A stretch of DNA of 64,000 bases, from positions 352,001 through 416,000 of the forward strand of contig CAVQKE010000007.1 in assembly GCA_963713045.1 (NCBI GenBank), in the 5' to 3' direction. Of the stretch, positions 8,450 to 18,729 are shown piece by piece (the first letter of the stretch is position 1; the number at the start of each line of letters is the position of its first letter). Source of the stretch: an uncultured delta proteobacterium (GTDB taxonomy: Bacteria > Myxococcota > Myxococcia > Myxococcales > Myxococcaceae). The notes under the pieces were generated by a model. The model had not been told where the DNA came from and did no database searches. It saw only the letters and a program-made list of their open reading frames with translations. Both the position numbers and the translations under genes were made by a program.

Positions 8450-11400
8450 CTACCGCTTCTTCGGCGGTGGAGCCTCAGTCGGCGCCGGGGTGTCTTCTTG
8501 CCGTGGGGCCGCGCGACGCGCCCCCTCGCGCGCCGCAGAAATTTCGGCTTGCGCCCTTTCATAAATGCTCTTCAGCTCTTCGGCACTGGGGCGGCCGCTG
8601 GCGCGACGCAGTGCGCTCAACTCCGTCTCCTGGGCGGTGGCGCGCCGCTGGACCATTTCCAAGCGGGCCTGGGCCTCGGCCAGGCGCGCCTGCAGCTCGG
8701 CCTCCTTGCCCTGGGCAGCCGAAGCTGCCGCTTGCACAGAAGCCAACTGCGCCCGCAGCCCGTCAAAGGCGGCGCGCTGTGCGTCCGCCCCGCGTGCCAA
8801 GGCCTGCAGTTCATCCGCCCTCTGGGCGACGTCCGCCGCCTGGCGCTGGGCCGCCTGGGCGGCCTCCTCGGCGGCGGCGCGCGCACCGCGTTCTGCCCCC
8901 ACCTCCTCGACTAGGGCGTCAGCATGCGCTGCCAACTCGGCCCGCTCCGCCACCAGGGCCGACAGCTGCGCCTCGGCGTCCGTCAGTTGCCGCTCCAGCG
9001 ACTCCCCTTGGGCCCGTTGCGCCTGGGCTTCCAGGGCGCTTCCGGCGCTGGAGGCACGCAGGGTTTCCAATTCCTGCTGCAGCGCTTCCTCCCGCGTGGA
9101 GGAGGCCGAAAGCTGCTCCTCCAGTGCGTTGCGTTCGAAGAGGGCAGTGCTGGCCGCGTCGCGGGCGCGTTCCAACTCCTCCGCCTCGTGCGCCGCGGCG
9201 GCCTGCACCTCGGCCGCGCGGGCCTGGGCCGCACTGTGGGATTCCAGAAGCTCGCGCCCCCTGGTGCGCTCGGCCTCCAACTCCCGCTGAAGCGTGTCCC
9301 GCAGCGCGCGGGCCACCCGCAGCTGCCCCTGCGCTTGCTCCAGCTGCTCGCGCAGCGGGCCTAAGTTGGCGGCCGAGGCTGCTGCGGCCTCCAGAGCCTC
9401 CTTGGCTTCCCGGACGGCCTCCTCTTCTTGCTCACTGGCCTGCAGCCGCTGAAGCAGTTGCGCTTTCTCACTGGCCCAAGCCTCGCGCTCGGCCGCGTCC
9501 GCGGCCAGCTGTTGGCGGGCCTCGGCCAGTGCGGCCACGGTGGTGCCCGCGCTGGCTCGGGCCTCCGCCCCGGATGCGCGCAACAGGGCGACTTCCGCGC
9601 GCAGCGCTTCTTCGGCCGAAGCCGCGCGCGCCGCGGCCTCGGCGGACGCCTCGGCGGCGGCCTGGGCCGCCTGCAGCTCGGCCTTGACGGACTCGGCCTC
9701 GGCCAGGGCCTGGGTGCGCTCGGCCTGTTGCACGCCGACGTCCTCGGCCTTCCTGTCCAAGGCCGCCCGCAGCGCCGAGGCTTCCTGCAGCAGCTGCTGA
9801 CGGACGCCCTCCACGTCCGCCAGGCGCTGGCGAAGCGCGTCGGCCTCCGCCTCGGCGTCGTCGGCGCGCTGCGTTTCCAAGGACAGTCGGCCGAGGACTT
9901 CGGCTTGCTCGGCGACGGCGCGGCGCAGCGCCTCCAGCTCCTCGGCGACGCCTTCCGGCACCGTTTCCAGGGCGGTGGTGCGAGCCTGGGCCAAGTCGGA
10001 CTCGAGGCTGTCCACCAGGGCCCGCGCCTGTTTCTCCTGGGCCTCAGCCACTGCCACCTTGGCCTGAAGGCGCTCAGCCACGTCCCGCAGTGCTTCCAGT
10101 TCGGTGTGTTCCGACACCTGTTCTAGGGAAAGCGGGCTTTCCAAGGCCTTCTGCTGCATGGCGCGCAGCCGCGCCGCATCGGACTCCGCAGCGCGCTCTG
10201 CTCTGGCCCGCTCCCCCTCCAGCCACACCACCCGCTGCTCCAGTGCCTCGGCCCGCGCCTTTTCCGTGGCTGCCGTCCCCTGAAGCGACTCAATGGCGGC
10301 CAGCGCCGTGCTGTGTTGCTCGGCCAGCCGCAGTTCCCTCTCTCGGGCCTGGGCCAGCCGCTCCTCAACGGCCCGACGGTCGAGGTTCGCTTGGGCCGGG
10401 ACGGCTCCCGCCTCAGCCGCCCGCAACTGGGCCACCTCCTCCCGGACGCCCCGCAATTCTTCGTAAGCAGCCGTCAGCTTGGTGCGCGCGTCGTCGAGGA
10501 GGCGCGTCACCTCCTCGCGCCTTGCCCGTTCCAGGCGCACCGACTCCTGCGCCGCCAGCACCTGGGCCATGCCCTGGCGCTCCTCCTGGTGGACGGCGTC
10601 CAGCTGTGCCCTCTGCACCCCCAGGCGACGTTCGGCCTCCAGCGCACGCTCCAGCGCACTTCGGCCCTCGGCCTCAAGGCGCCGGACCCGGGCAGCAAGT
10701 TCGTCCTGGGCCAGCGGTTGCAGCGGGTGGCGCTCGCGGGCCTCGGCCTGCGCCTGCCAGCGCCGCGCCTCCTCCTCGGCCCGCCCCTGTGCCTCCCGGG
10801 TGCGGGCCAGCTCGCTCTTCAAGGTGTCCGAATCGGCCCGGGTATGTTCCAAGCGACTCCTTCAGCCGCCGACTCCTCTCCTCCCACTCGCGGGCCCGCG
10901 TGGACACTTCATCCAGACGGTTGCCGGTGAAGGCCAGTGGCGCCGGGGGCAGCTGCACCCAGGTGGGGTCGACCGGCCGCTGGGGGTCTTGGCTGGCCAG
11001 CACCACGAAGTAGGCCGCTTCGCCGGTGCCGGCCAGCGTCCCGTCCACCTGAAGCCCTTCGCTCCTCTCAAAGGCCAGCTGGTAGCCGAGGAGTGGACTT
11101 TGGGTGGCCACCTCCACCGTGCGGAAGTGGGACGACAGCGCGTCCAAAGCCTGGCCGTAGGTGGGCGGGGCACCTTCCGCGTCGGGCTCCATCAGCTGGG
11201 CCAGCGAGAGGCCGGCCGGGTTTCGCAGTCCACCCACCAGAGAACCGGTGGGGGAGACTTGCGCCACCAACTCCCGCAGCAGTTCCGGCGCTCGCACCCA
11301 AGGGGCGAGGTCCGCCACCAACACCAAGTCGAAGCCTCCGGGAGGCAAGTCGTCGAAGACGGTGGCCCGGAAGCGCAGGTTGGCGCTGCCCAGGCGGCTT

Positions 11401-11603
11401 TGGGCGTCGGCCACCGCGACCAAGTCATCGTCGCAAGCCAGCACCACCCGGGCCCCGCGCTCCAGGAGGAATTGGGCGGAGGCGCCCCCGGTGGCGGACA
11501 CCGCGCCCACTTCCAGAACCCGGCGGCGGACGAAGAGGCTCTCGGCAAAAATGTACCGGGGAAGCAGCTCGCTGACGCCCAGGCGGCGGAACGTGAGGTT
11601 CAT
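8450..11603 (-). CDS. SAM-methyltransferase-like N-terminal domain + ~800 aa coiled coil; split by a 1-nt frameshift near 10851
   Basis: MNLTFRRLG...RRVLEVGA...FDLVLV (frame of ORF 10674-11843) joins the coiled-coil ORF 8450-10852 if one base is removed from TCG CTT GGA A (to TCG CTG GAA). Confidence 0.7.
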
Positions 11604-11685
11604 GGGCGCTTGACAGGAAGGACTATACCCCCAAGGTTCCCGCACCCGCCCCTTCCTAGGCACACGCGGGAAACACGAGGCCCCC

Positions 11686-12420
11686 ATGGCGACTCCCACC
11701 CCCACCACCTTTGGCCAGCGCGCAGGGCACGCCGTCCGTCGCCTGCTGGTGACGCTGTTGGTGCTGGCCCTGGCTGGAATTGTCTGTGTGCTGCTGGCCC
11801 GGGACAACGCGCGGACGTATTCGCTGAAGATGGAGGGCAGCAAGCTGGTCGTCCAGAAGGGGCGAATGCTGCCCTGGGGCAGTGCGCCCTACCGTCCGTC
11901 GGACCCAAGCCTGGCCGAGGCGTATGCCCCCATCGACCTCGGGGCCGCCATTGCCGGCACCACTGAAGTGGAGCGCTACGAGGACCGGGATGAGTTGGAC
12001 CGTGCGCTGTTTCGCGTGCTGGAGGCAGCCGCCCGCCCGAAGCTGCTTGCCGATGACACCCAGGTGGTGGCCAGCGGGATGGCGCTGTTGCACCGCATGG
12101 AACTGCTGCAGGGGACGAGTGAGGAGCAGCGCCGGACGCTGCGCAGCCTGGAACTGGACGTGGCCTATGACCAGGCCCGCATCCGCTTCGAGGAGGCCCG
12201 GCGCGCCGTGTCAGACGGACTCACCCAGTTGCGCATCGCCGCCGACAGCCCGACGCGGCGGGCGCGGGCAGCGCATGCGATGCTGGTGAAGGTGGAGCCG
12301 GCCGCCGCCGCGTTGGAGGACGTGCTGCGCCAGGTGGTGGTGACGCTGGCGGAAACCCCGCCCGGCGCGGTGGCCCCAGCCTCTACCACCCCGGCGGCGC
12401 CCGACGCTGGCGCACCCTAA
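11686..12420 (+). CDS. Hypothetical membrane-anchored helical protein
   Basis: 244 aa ORF, GAGG RBS, one N-terminal TM (LLVTLLVLALAGIVCVLLA), GC3-rich codons. Confidence 0.75.
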   Translation: MATPTPTTFGQRAGHAVRRLLVTLLVLALAGIVCVLLARDNARTYSLKMEGSKLVVQKGRMLPWGSAPYRPSDPSLAEAYAPIDLGAAIAGTTEVERYEDRDELDRALFRVLEAAARPKLLADDTQVVASGMALLHRMELLQGTSEEQRRTLRSLELDVAYDQARIRFEEARRAVSDGLTQLRIAADSPTRRARAAHAMLVKVEPAAAALEDVLRQVVVTLAETPPGAVAPASTTPAAPDAGAP

Positions 12421-12433
12421 ACGCTTAAGCGCC

Positions 12434-13018
12434 TCAGCGAAGGACGCCCAGGTAAGGAAGGTTGCGCCAGCGGCCTGCCCAGTCCAGTCCGTAGCCGACG
12501 ACGAAGACGTCGTCGATGACGAAACCCCGGTAGCGAATGTCCACGTGCGTCCGGGCGCGGGCCGGCTTCTCGAGAAGCGTGCACAGGGCGAGGCTCTTCG
12601 GACTTCTGGCCTGCAACAGACTCATCAGGAAGCCGGCGGTGAGGCCAGTGTCCACAATGTCCTCCACCAGAAGGACATCCTTGCCGGCCAGCGGCTGCGC
12701 GACGTCGGTCGAGATGCGCACTTCCCCCGAGCTCTCGGTGGCGTCGGCGTAAGAGGACACGCCGATGAATTCGAACTCCACCGGCAAGTCAATGGCCCGC
12801 ACCAAGTCCGCACAGAAGAGGACCGCCCCTTTCAGGACGCACACCACGGTGAGCGTCCGCCCGGCATAGTCCCGCGTAATTTGCCGCCCCAGCGCGCGGA
12901 CCCGAGCGCGCACTTGGGGTGGAGAGATGAGGGGACGCACCGATGTCCCGAAGGGGCGAGGGACCCTCACCTTCCGCCTTCGCCCTCCGCCGACGGCCGT
13001 CTTCTTCCGCAATGCCAT
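12434..13018 (-). CDS. hpt: Hypoxanthine phosphoribosyltransferase
   Basis: VCVLKGA, SSY...SSGEV, VLLVEDIVDTGLT, FVVGYGLD, RNLPY; start uncertain. Confidence 0.95.
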   Translation of the reverse strand: MALRKKTAVGGGRRRKVRVPRPFGTSVRPLISPPQVRARVRALGRQITRDYAGRTLTVVCVLKGAVLFCADLVRAIDLPVEFEFIGVSSYADATESSGEVRISTDVAQPLAGKDVLLVEDIVDTGLTAGFLMSLLQARSPKSLALCTLLEKPARARTHVDIRYRGFVIDDVFVVGYGLDWAGRWRNLPYLGVLR

Positions 13019-13271
13019 GTGGCAAGAGACTCCTCGACGCCCCCCCGCCGGGGCCCGCTGCCCATCCGCCTTGGAGGCAGCTGCCCGGTGCAGGTGGGGC
13101 GTCACGCGCTTGCTGCTGGGGGCGTGGCAGTGTACCGCACGCACGGACCTGCACTCCCCGGACGGCAGCACAGGACGGAATTTTTTGGCGGACGACGCCC
13201 GGCGGCCCAGCCAGGGCCTGTCCAGGGCCTTCCGCCACCCACCGCTTTTGGGCTAGTGACCACCAAAGGCC

Positions 13272-14222
13272 ATGCCCATGCGCGATTTCAAGGTTTTCGC
13301 CGGCAATTCCAACGTTGCTCTCGCCAGCCGCATTTGCGAGCACCTGAAGCGCCCGTTGAGTAAGGCCGACGTCGGCCGGTTTTCGGACGGGGAAATTCAG
13401 GTGGAAATTGGGGAAAACGTCCGCGGCCAGGACACGTTCATCATCCAGTCCACCTCCCCGCCGGCCAATGACCACCTGATGGAGCTGCTCATCATGGTCG
13501 ACGCCCTGAAGCGCGCTTCGGCCGCCTCCATCACCGCCGTCATCCCCTACTTCGGCTACGCCCGTCAGGACCGCAAGGTGGTCCCCCGCACGCCCATCAC
13601 CGCCAAGCTGGTGGCGGACCTGATGGAGTCCGCCGGCACCACCCGCATGGTGTCGATGGACATGCACGTGGCGCAGATTCAGGGCTTCTTCCACATTCCG
13701 AGCGACCACCTCTTCGCCTCGCCCGTCTTCTTGGAGGACATTCGGCGGCGCTTCGGCAACACCGAGGAGTTGGTGCTGGTGTCTCCCGACGCAGGGGGCG
13801 TCGAGCGGACCCGCGCCTATTCCAAGCGCCTCAACGCTGGCCTGGCGATTGTCGACAAGCGGCGCACCCGGGCCAACGTCTCCGAAGTGATGAACGTCAT
13901 CGGCGACGTCCGGGGCCGGGACACCATCATCATCGATGACATGGTGGACACCGGCGGGACGTTGACCCAGGCCGCGCAGGTGCTGAGGAACGAGGGGGCG
14001 CGACGGGTGCTGGCCTACGCCGTCCACCCCATCCTCTCCGGCCCGGCAGTCAACCGCATTCAAGAGTCAGCGCTGGAAGAGGCCGTCTTCACCGACACCA
14101 TCCCGTTGGGCACTGCCGCCGCGGCCTGCCCCAAAATCCGTCAGCTCAGCACCGCCCGTCTCTTCGCTGAGGCCATCCAGCGCATCTACTCCGGGGACTC
14201 TTTAAGCTCCCTCTTCGTCTAG
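13272..14222 (+). CDS. prs: Ribose-phosphate pyrophosphokinase
   Basis: FSDGEI, PYFGYARQDRK, VSPDAGGVER, IIIDDMVDTGGT. Confidence 0.98.
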   Translation: MPMRDFKVFAGNSNVALASRICEHLKRPLSKADVGRFSDGEIQVEIGENVRGQDTFIIQSTSPPANDHLMELLIMVDALKRASAASITAVIPYFGYARQDRKVVPRTPITAKLVADLMESAGTTRMVSMDMHVAQIQGFFHIPSDHLFASPVFLEDIRRRFGNTEELVLVSPDAGGVERTRAYSKRLNAGLAIVDKRRTRANVSEVMNVIGDVRGRDTIIIDDMVDTGGTLTQAAQVLRNEGARRVLAYAVHPILSGPAVNRIQESALEEAVFTDTIPLGTAAAACPKIRQLSTARLFAEAIQRIYSGDSLSSLFV

Positions 14223-14243
14223 CGGCAACCTGAGACAGCGGCG

Positions 14244-14618
14244 GTGGACAAGTCAGGCTCGAAGGTGGTGCTGGTGGTGGAGGACGACCCGGACATCCGG
14301 GAAGTGCTTCAGGAGATGCTCGACTCCGGCGGCCACCAGGTGCTGACCGCCTCCAACGGCCGCGAGGCCCTCGACGTGCTGGACCGCGTGGCCAGCCCTT
14401 GCCTGGTGCTACTCGACCTGATGATGCCGGTGATGAGCGGCTTTGCCTTCCTCGAGGAACTCCAGCGCCGTCCGGACAAGGCCCGAGTCTCGGTGCTGCT
14501 CATCTCCGCCAACGCGCAAGTGGAGCAGGCCGCGCGCGGCAAGGGCGTGGTGGGCTTCGTCAGGAAGCCCTTCGACTTGGACGACGTCCTGGCCTTGGTG
14601 GACCGCCACGCCAAGTAA
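14244..14618 (+). CDS. Single-domain response regulator (CheY-like)
   Basis: VVEDD, LLDLMMPVMSG, ISA, KPF motifs; 124 aa. Confidence 0.92.
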   Translation: MDKSGSKVVLVVEDDPDIREVLQEMLDSGGHQVLTASNGREALDVLDRVASPCLVLLDLMMPVMSGFAFLEELQRRPDKARVSVLLISANAQVEQAARGKGVVGFVRKPFDLDDVLALVDRHAK

Positions 14619-14647
14619 CAAAAGCAGCGGCACCGCCGCCGGGGCCT

Positions 14648-17600
14648 CTAGGGCGCCTCCTGCCGCATTTTGGCCCAGTCGTAGACCGGGTATTTCGGCC
14701 GCTTGATGGGAGCAGGTGGGTGCTGCTGCAGGTTTTCCAGCGCGACGGCTACGCTGCGCTCGAGCTGCGGGTCCTGCCCCTTTCGCACGAGCGCCGGGTC
14801 CTCCTCGACGACGATGTCCGGGGAGACGCCTTTGTTCTCAACGTCGAATTCGCCCGTCACTGGGTTGTACAGCGCCCAGCGCGGCGCGGTGACTTGGCCG
14901 CCATCCATGAGGAAGGGATAGCCTCCAATCCCAATCAAACCACCCCAGGTGCGGGTGCCGATGAGCGGCCCCAGGGCGAGCTTGCGAAACATCCAAGGCA
15001 GAGCGTCGCCGCCCGAGCCGGCGTCCTCATCCAGCAGCATCACCTTCGGACCGCGGATGGTGCGGGGGATGGGGTCATCGTCCCCCTCGCGAGTCATGGC
15101 GACCATCAACAGCGGCCGAGAAAGCCAGTCGACCACGTAGTCGGCAATCCACCCGCCGCTGTTGTGGCGCTCGTCGATGACGGCTCCCTGCCGGTTGGAC
15201 TGGGCGAAGTAGTAGCGGTTGAAGTTGGTGAAGCCGTTGACGGCGGTATCCGGCAGGTAGACGTAGGCCAAACGTCCGTCACTCAGCTGGTCGACCTTCC
15301 GGCGGTTCTGCTCCATCCACCCGCGCAGACGCAGCCCCTGCTCGTTGGCGATGGGCACCACTGCCACCAGCCGAGCCCCCTTGCCGCTCGGGTCGGGCCC
15401 CAACTTGAGCTGCACCGTCTTGCCAGCGGTTTCCTCGAAAAAGGCGTAGACCTCGTCGGTTGCGAAGAGCTCGCGTCCATTGACGGCCAACAGGTAGTCG
15501 CCCTCGTGGACGTTGACGCCCGGCTCGGTGAGGGGCGCGCGCACGTCGGGGTTCCAGTTCTCGCCACGGTAGATGTGGGCGAAACGGTAGCGGTTGTGGT
15601 CGATGCTGTAGTCTGCGCCCAACAGGCCACCGCCCACGTGCTTCACGCTCGGGCGATCTCCGCCGGTGATGTAGATGTGCTGAGCCGTGATGTCGCCCAG
15701 CATGTCGGTGAAGATGTAGGTGAGGTCGGCGCGGCTCATGACGGCGTCGACGTAGGGCTGGTAGGCCGCTATCAACGCCTTGCGGTCGACGCCGTGGAGA
15801 TTGGGGTCGTAGAAGAAGTCTCGCTCGATTCGCCAGACTTCCCGGTACATCTGCTCCCACTCGGCATGCGGGTCGACGTAGACCTCCATCGCATCGAGCT
15901 TCAACGGTTCCTCGGGCTTGCCCGGTTCGGGGGGCTTACCCAGCGAGGCGAGCGCCTTGATGAACCAGGGACCGTGAAGCTCCTGGCCGCCGGGCGCTGC
16001 TTCGCTTGGCGGGGGAAGCTGCTCGTAGAGTGCCTTCTCTGCTTTGGCGGCAACCACGAAGTTGCGGACCCGCTCGAGCAGCTTGTCCGTCTTCCGCGTG
16101 CAGAGGTCGAACTTGTGGACGGTCACGGCGTTGGGGCCGGTGCGCGCGTCGACGGTTGGACCTTCTAATAGGTATACCAGGTGGCTCTTCCCGACGAGCA
16201 ACCCTGAGTAGTTTCGCGCCGGGAAGGGCAGCGCCAAAAGACGCTGGTCGATGGCCTCGAAGTCGATTTTCACCACCGGCGGCGTCTTGGGAGCGGCGTC
16301 CTTCTTCTGCTCCTCCTCCACCTTGCACTCTGAAGCGGGGGGCTGGGCGCCTGCGCGGCCCGGCTGCACCTCGGGTTTCTCCTCGTCCGTCAGTGGCATC
16401 AACGGCGAGGGTTGGTCTTTGCTCAGCACCAGAAGGTAGCCGCTGCGCGTGACGGGTAGCTTGTAGCCCGCCATGGAGCTCGCGAGGATGGGGCCACTGT
16501 CGGTGCTGGCGAGGAAGTAGAGGTACTTGCCGTTGCGGTCGAAAGCGGCGCTCGCAGCGTCGCTCGAGCCGTCCGTCACTTGGTGGCGGGCGCTGGCCCC
16601 GACGTCGTAGATGAAGACCGCCCCCAACCCAGTGGGCAAGGGGCGAGTGTAGGCCAGGTAGCGGCTGTCGGGCGACCAGGCGGGTGAGAAGTCTGTGAGG
16701 AAGGGGCTGGTGTCCACCAGCACCGGCTTTCCCCGCTCGATGTCGACCAACCACAGGTTGTAGCGTTTGTCGTAGTAAGCGATGCGCTTGCTGTCCGGCG
16801 ACCAGGTGGGAGAGTAGAAAAAAGAGGGCGGGGTACCGAGGTCGATTTTGCGCACCTCGCCGAGCCCCTCCTGCGGACGGATGTGCAGCGCGTACTCGCC
16901 AGACTCGTCCGAGAAGTAGGCGATGGACTTGCCGTCCGGGGACCAAGCCGGGTCGCGGTCGGCGATGCCCGGGGTGTTGGTCAAGTTGCGGATGTCTCCG
17001 TGCTCGGCGGGCACGGTGAGAATTTCCCCATTGGCCTCGAAGACGGCGCGGGCACCGCTCGGGGAGAGGTCGGGATTGCGAAGCTGCTGGCCGACTTTCA
17101 TGAAGTGAGGGCGCACCGCCGGGAAGTCGGCCGCCAGCCGGATGGGGACACTGCGCTGGCTCTTCGTCTTCGGGTCGAAGAGGTGAAGGGAGCCGAATTG
17201 CTCGTAAACGATGACGTCCGGACCGGCCGAGGCTGACTTGATGTCGAGGCCCCCGGTGGCGATGGCCAAGGTGACTTGCTTGCTGGTGGTGTCGTAGGCA
17301 AACAAGCTCACTGGGCCGTTGCGGTCGGAGAGGAAGTAAACGGTGTTCCCGAGCCACATCGGGCTGGTGTCATTCGAGTCCTTGCGCGGGACCTTCTCGA
17401 TGGACGAATCCTCGAGCTTGGCCACCCAAATGGGTGCGGCGGTACCGCCGCGGTAGTGCTTGATGCTGCGCCCCATGAGCCCATTCGCCCCACCATTGCT
17501 GAAGGGGACGTAGGCCAGGTGAGTCGCGTCAGCCGAGTAGCTCCCTTGCTCCGCCATGGGCAGCGGCACCTCCTCGGGAAAGCCTCCGTCGAGCCCGACG

Positions 17601-18097
17601 GTGTAGAGCTGGCGTCTGCGGTTGAAAGGGCCGCGCGTCGAGCGAAAGAGAATTCGCTTGCCGTCTGGCGTCCATCCCACCACCTGGTCTGGTGCAGGGT
17701 GGGAGGTGAGCCGCTTCGGCTGGCCGCCGCTCGCCGGCACCAGGTAGACGTCCTGGTTGCCGTCGTACTCGCCGCTGAAAGCCACCAGGGTGCCGTCCGG
17801 CGAGAAGAAGGGGTTGGTCTCGATGCCAACGTCACTGGTGAGCCGGTGCGCCTCGCCGCCGCTGCGGTCGACAATCCACAAGTCGTCTCCGCTGCTGAAG
17901 ACAATTTGCGTCTGGCTCACACTGGGGTTCCGGAGCAGCAGCGCCGGCGTCGCTTGCACCGGCGCGTGAGGCGCGGTGGGTGCGCCAGGCGGGGCGGGCG
18001 CTGCTGGGTTCGCTTCAGGCGTGGGACTGGGTTTCCGCTCGCAGGCCACGCAGCACGCCGCGACTGCCAGGGCGAAAGACACTCTCTGCAGAAACAT
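14648..18097 (-). CDS. Tricorn protease homolog (S41 family), predicted lipoprotein
   Basis: Signal/lipobox (AACCVA-C); PD40/beta-propeller repeats (FSPDG, WSPDG); PDZ (GGLLGADY); S41 domain IDERHNSGG, AGSGGD, GTRTWGG, ENKGVSPDI. Confidence 0.93.
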   Translation of the reverse strand: MFLQRVSFALAVAACCVACERKPSPTPEANPAAPAPPGAPTAPHAPVQATPALLLRNPSVSQTQIVFSSGDDLWIVDRSGGEAHRLTSDVGIETNPFFSPDGTLVAFSGEYDGNQDVYLVPASGGQPKRLTSHPAPDQVVGWTPDGKRILFRSTRGPFNRRRQLYTVGLDGGFPEEVPLPMAEQGSYSADATHLAYVPFSNGGANGLMGRSIKHYRGGTAAPIWVAKLEDSSIEKVPRKDSNDTSPMWLGNTVYFLSDRNGPVSLFAYDTTSKQVTLAIATGGLDIKSASAGPDVIVYEQFGSLHLFDPKTKSQRSVPIRLAADFPAVRPHFMKVGQQLRNPDLSPSGARAVFEANGEILTVPAEHGDIRNLTNTPGIADRDPAWSPDGKSIAYFSDESGEYALHIRPQEGLGEVRKIDLGTPPSFFYSPTWSPDSKRIAYYDKRYNLWLVDIERGKPVLVDTSPFLTDFSPAWSPDSRYLAYTRPLPTGLGAVFIYDVGASARHQVTDGSSDAASAAFDRNGKYLYFLASTDSGPILASSMAGYKLPVTRSGYLLVLSKDQPSPLMPLTDEEKPEVQPGRAGAQPPASECKVEEEQKKDAAPKTPPVVKIDFEAIDQRLLALPFPARNYSGLLVGKSHLVYLLEGPTVDARTGPNAVTVHKFDLCTRKTDKLLERVRNFVVAAKAEKALYEQLPPPSEAAPGGQELHGPWFIKALASLGKPPEPGKPEEPLKLDAMEVYVDPHAEWEQMYREVWRIERDFFYDPNLHGVDRKALIAAYQPYVDAVMSRADLTYIFTDMLGDITAQHIYITGGDRPSVKHVGGGLLGADYSIDHNRYRFAHIYRGENWNPDVRAPLTEPGVNVHEGDYLLAVNGRELFATDEVYAFFEETAGKTVQLKLGPDPSGKGARLVAVVPIANEQGLRLRGWMEQNRRKVDQLSDGRLAYVYLPDTAVNGFTNFNRYYFAQSNRQGAVIDERHNSGGWIADYVVDWLSRPLLMVAMTREGDDDPIPRTIRGPKVMLLDEDAGSGGDALPWMFRKLALGPLIGTRTWGGLIGIGGYPFLMDGGQVTAPRWALYNPVTGEFDVENKGVSPDIVVEEDPALVRKGQDPQLERSVAVALENLQQHPPAPIKRPKYPVYDWAKMRQEAP

Positions 18098-18729
18098 TCT
18101 AGACGCTCCACATTCCAGGGCATTGCAGACGCCCAAACCAAAAAAGGGGGGCGCAGCATGCCGTGCCAGCGGCGGAAGGCAAGCGTGGAGCAGGGGGCTG
18201 CGGCTCAAACAGCGCGGCTGCCAGCTTGCTTACAGCGCCGCCACCTCCTCGCGAAGACGTCTCTCGGCGCGTCGGACACCTCTCCCAGGGTGGCGAGGGC
18301 CTTCACCGCTTCGAGAAGGCGGGGCCTGAGGTTTTATTGTCACCGCCCAAGCCAAAAACGGCCGTTGAGCCGCGTTTAAATGGCACAGCAGACGCCGATG
18401 ACCGCTGGTCCAAGCTCATGCGGCGCATCCCTCGACGCCTTCAGCCAGCTCGCACCGCAGCCGCAATGCGGGTGATGAAGGTGAAGGGGCTGCGCGTGAG
18501 TCGCCACCTTCCAGTGGGGAAGCGGCTCGCGGTTGACGGAGGCTCGAAGCCGACCCCTCCACCGGGCCCCTGATTCAGCCTGCGTCCCGAGCTTCGAGCC
18601 CAAGGGCTGTCCCTGCGAGCTGTCGGCCGTCGCGCGGCCGCTGAAGGCAATGTCAACCGCAACGGCAAGCCCGACGGCGCTGACGACGTCCAGGCACTGC
18701 TGGGAATTTCGCAGTGGAGGGAGGTGGCT

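Noticed and set aside
13019..13271. Expected tRNA-Gln/spoVG upstream of prs
   Set aside because: No tRNA fold or SpoVG-like ORF recognisable
18537..18563. GGAGGCTCGAAGCCGACCCCTCCACC resembling a tRNA 3' end or att site
   Set aside because: T-loop and stem do not match the consensus, no cloverleaf, no integrase or second copy seen
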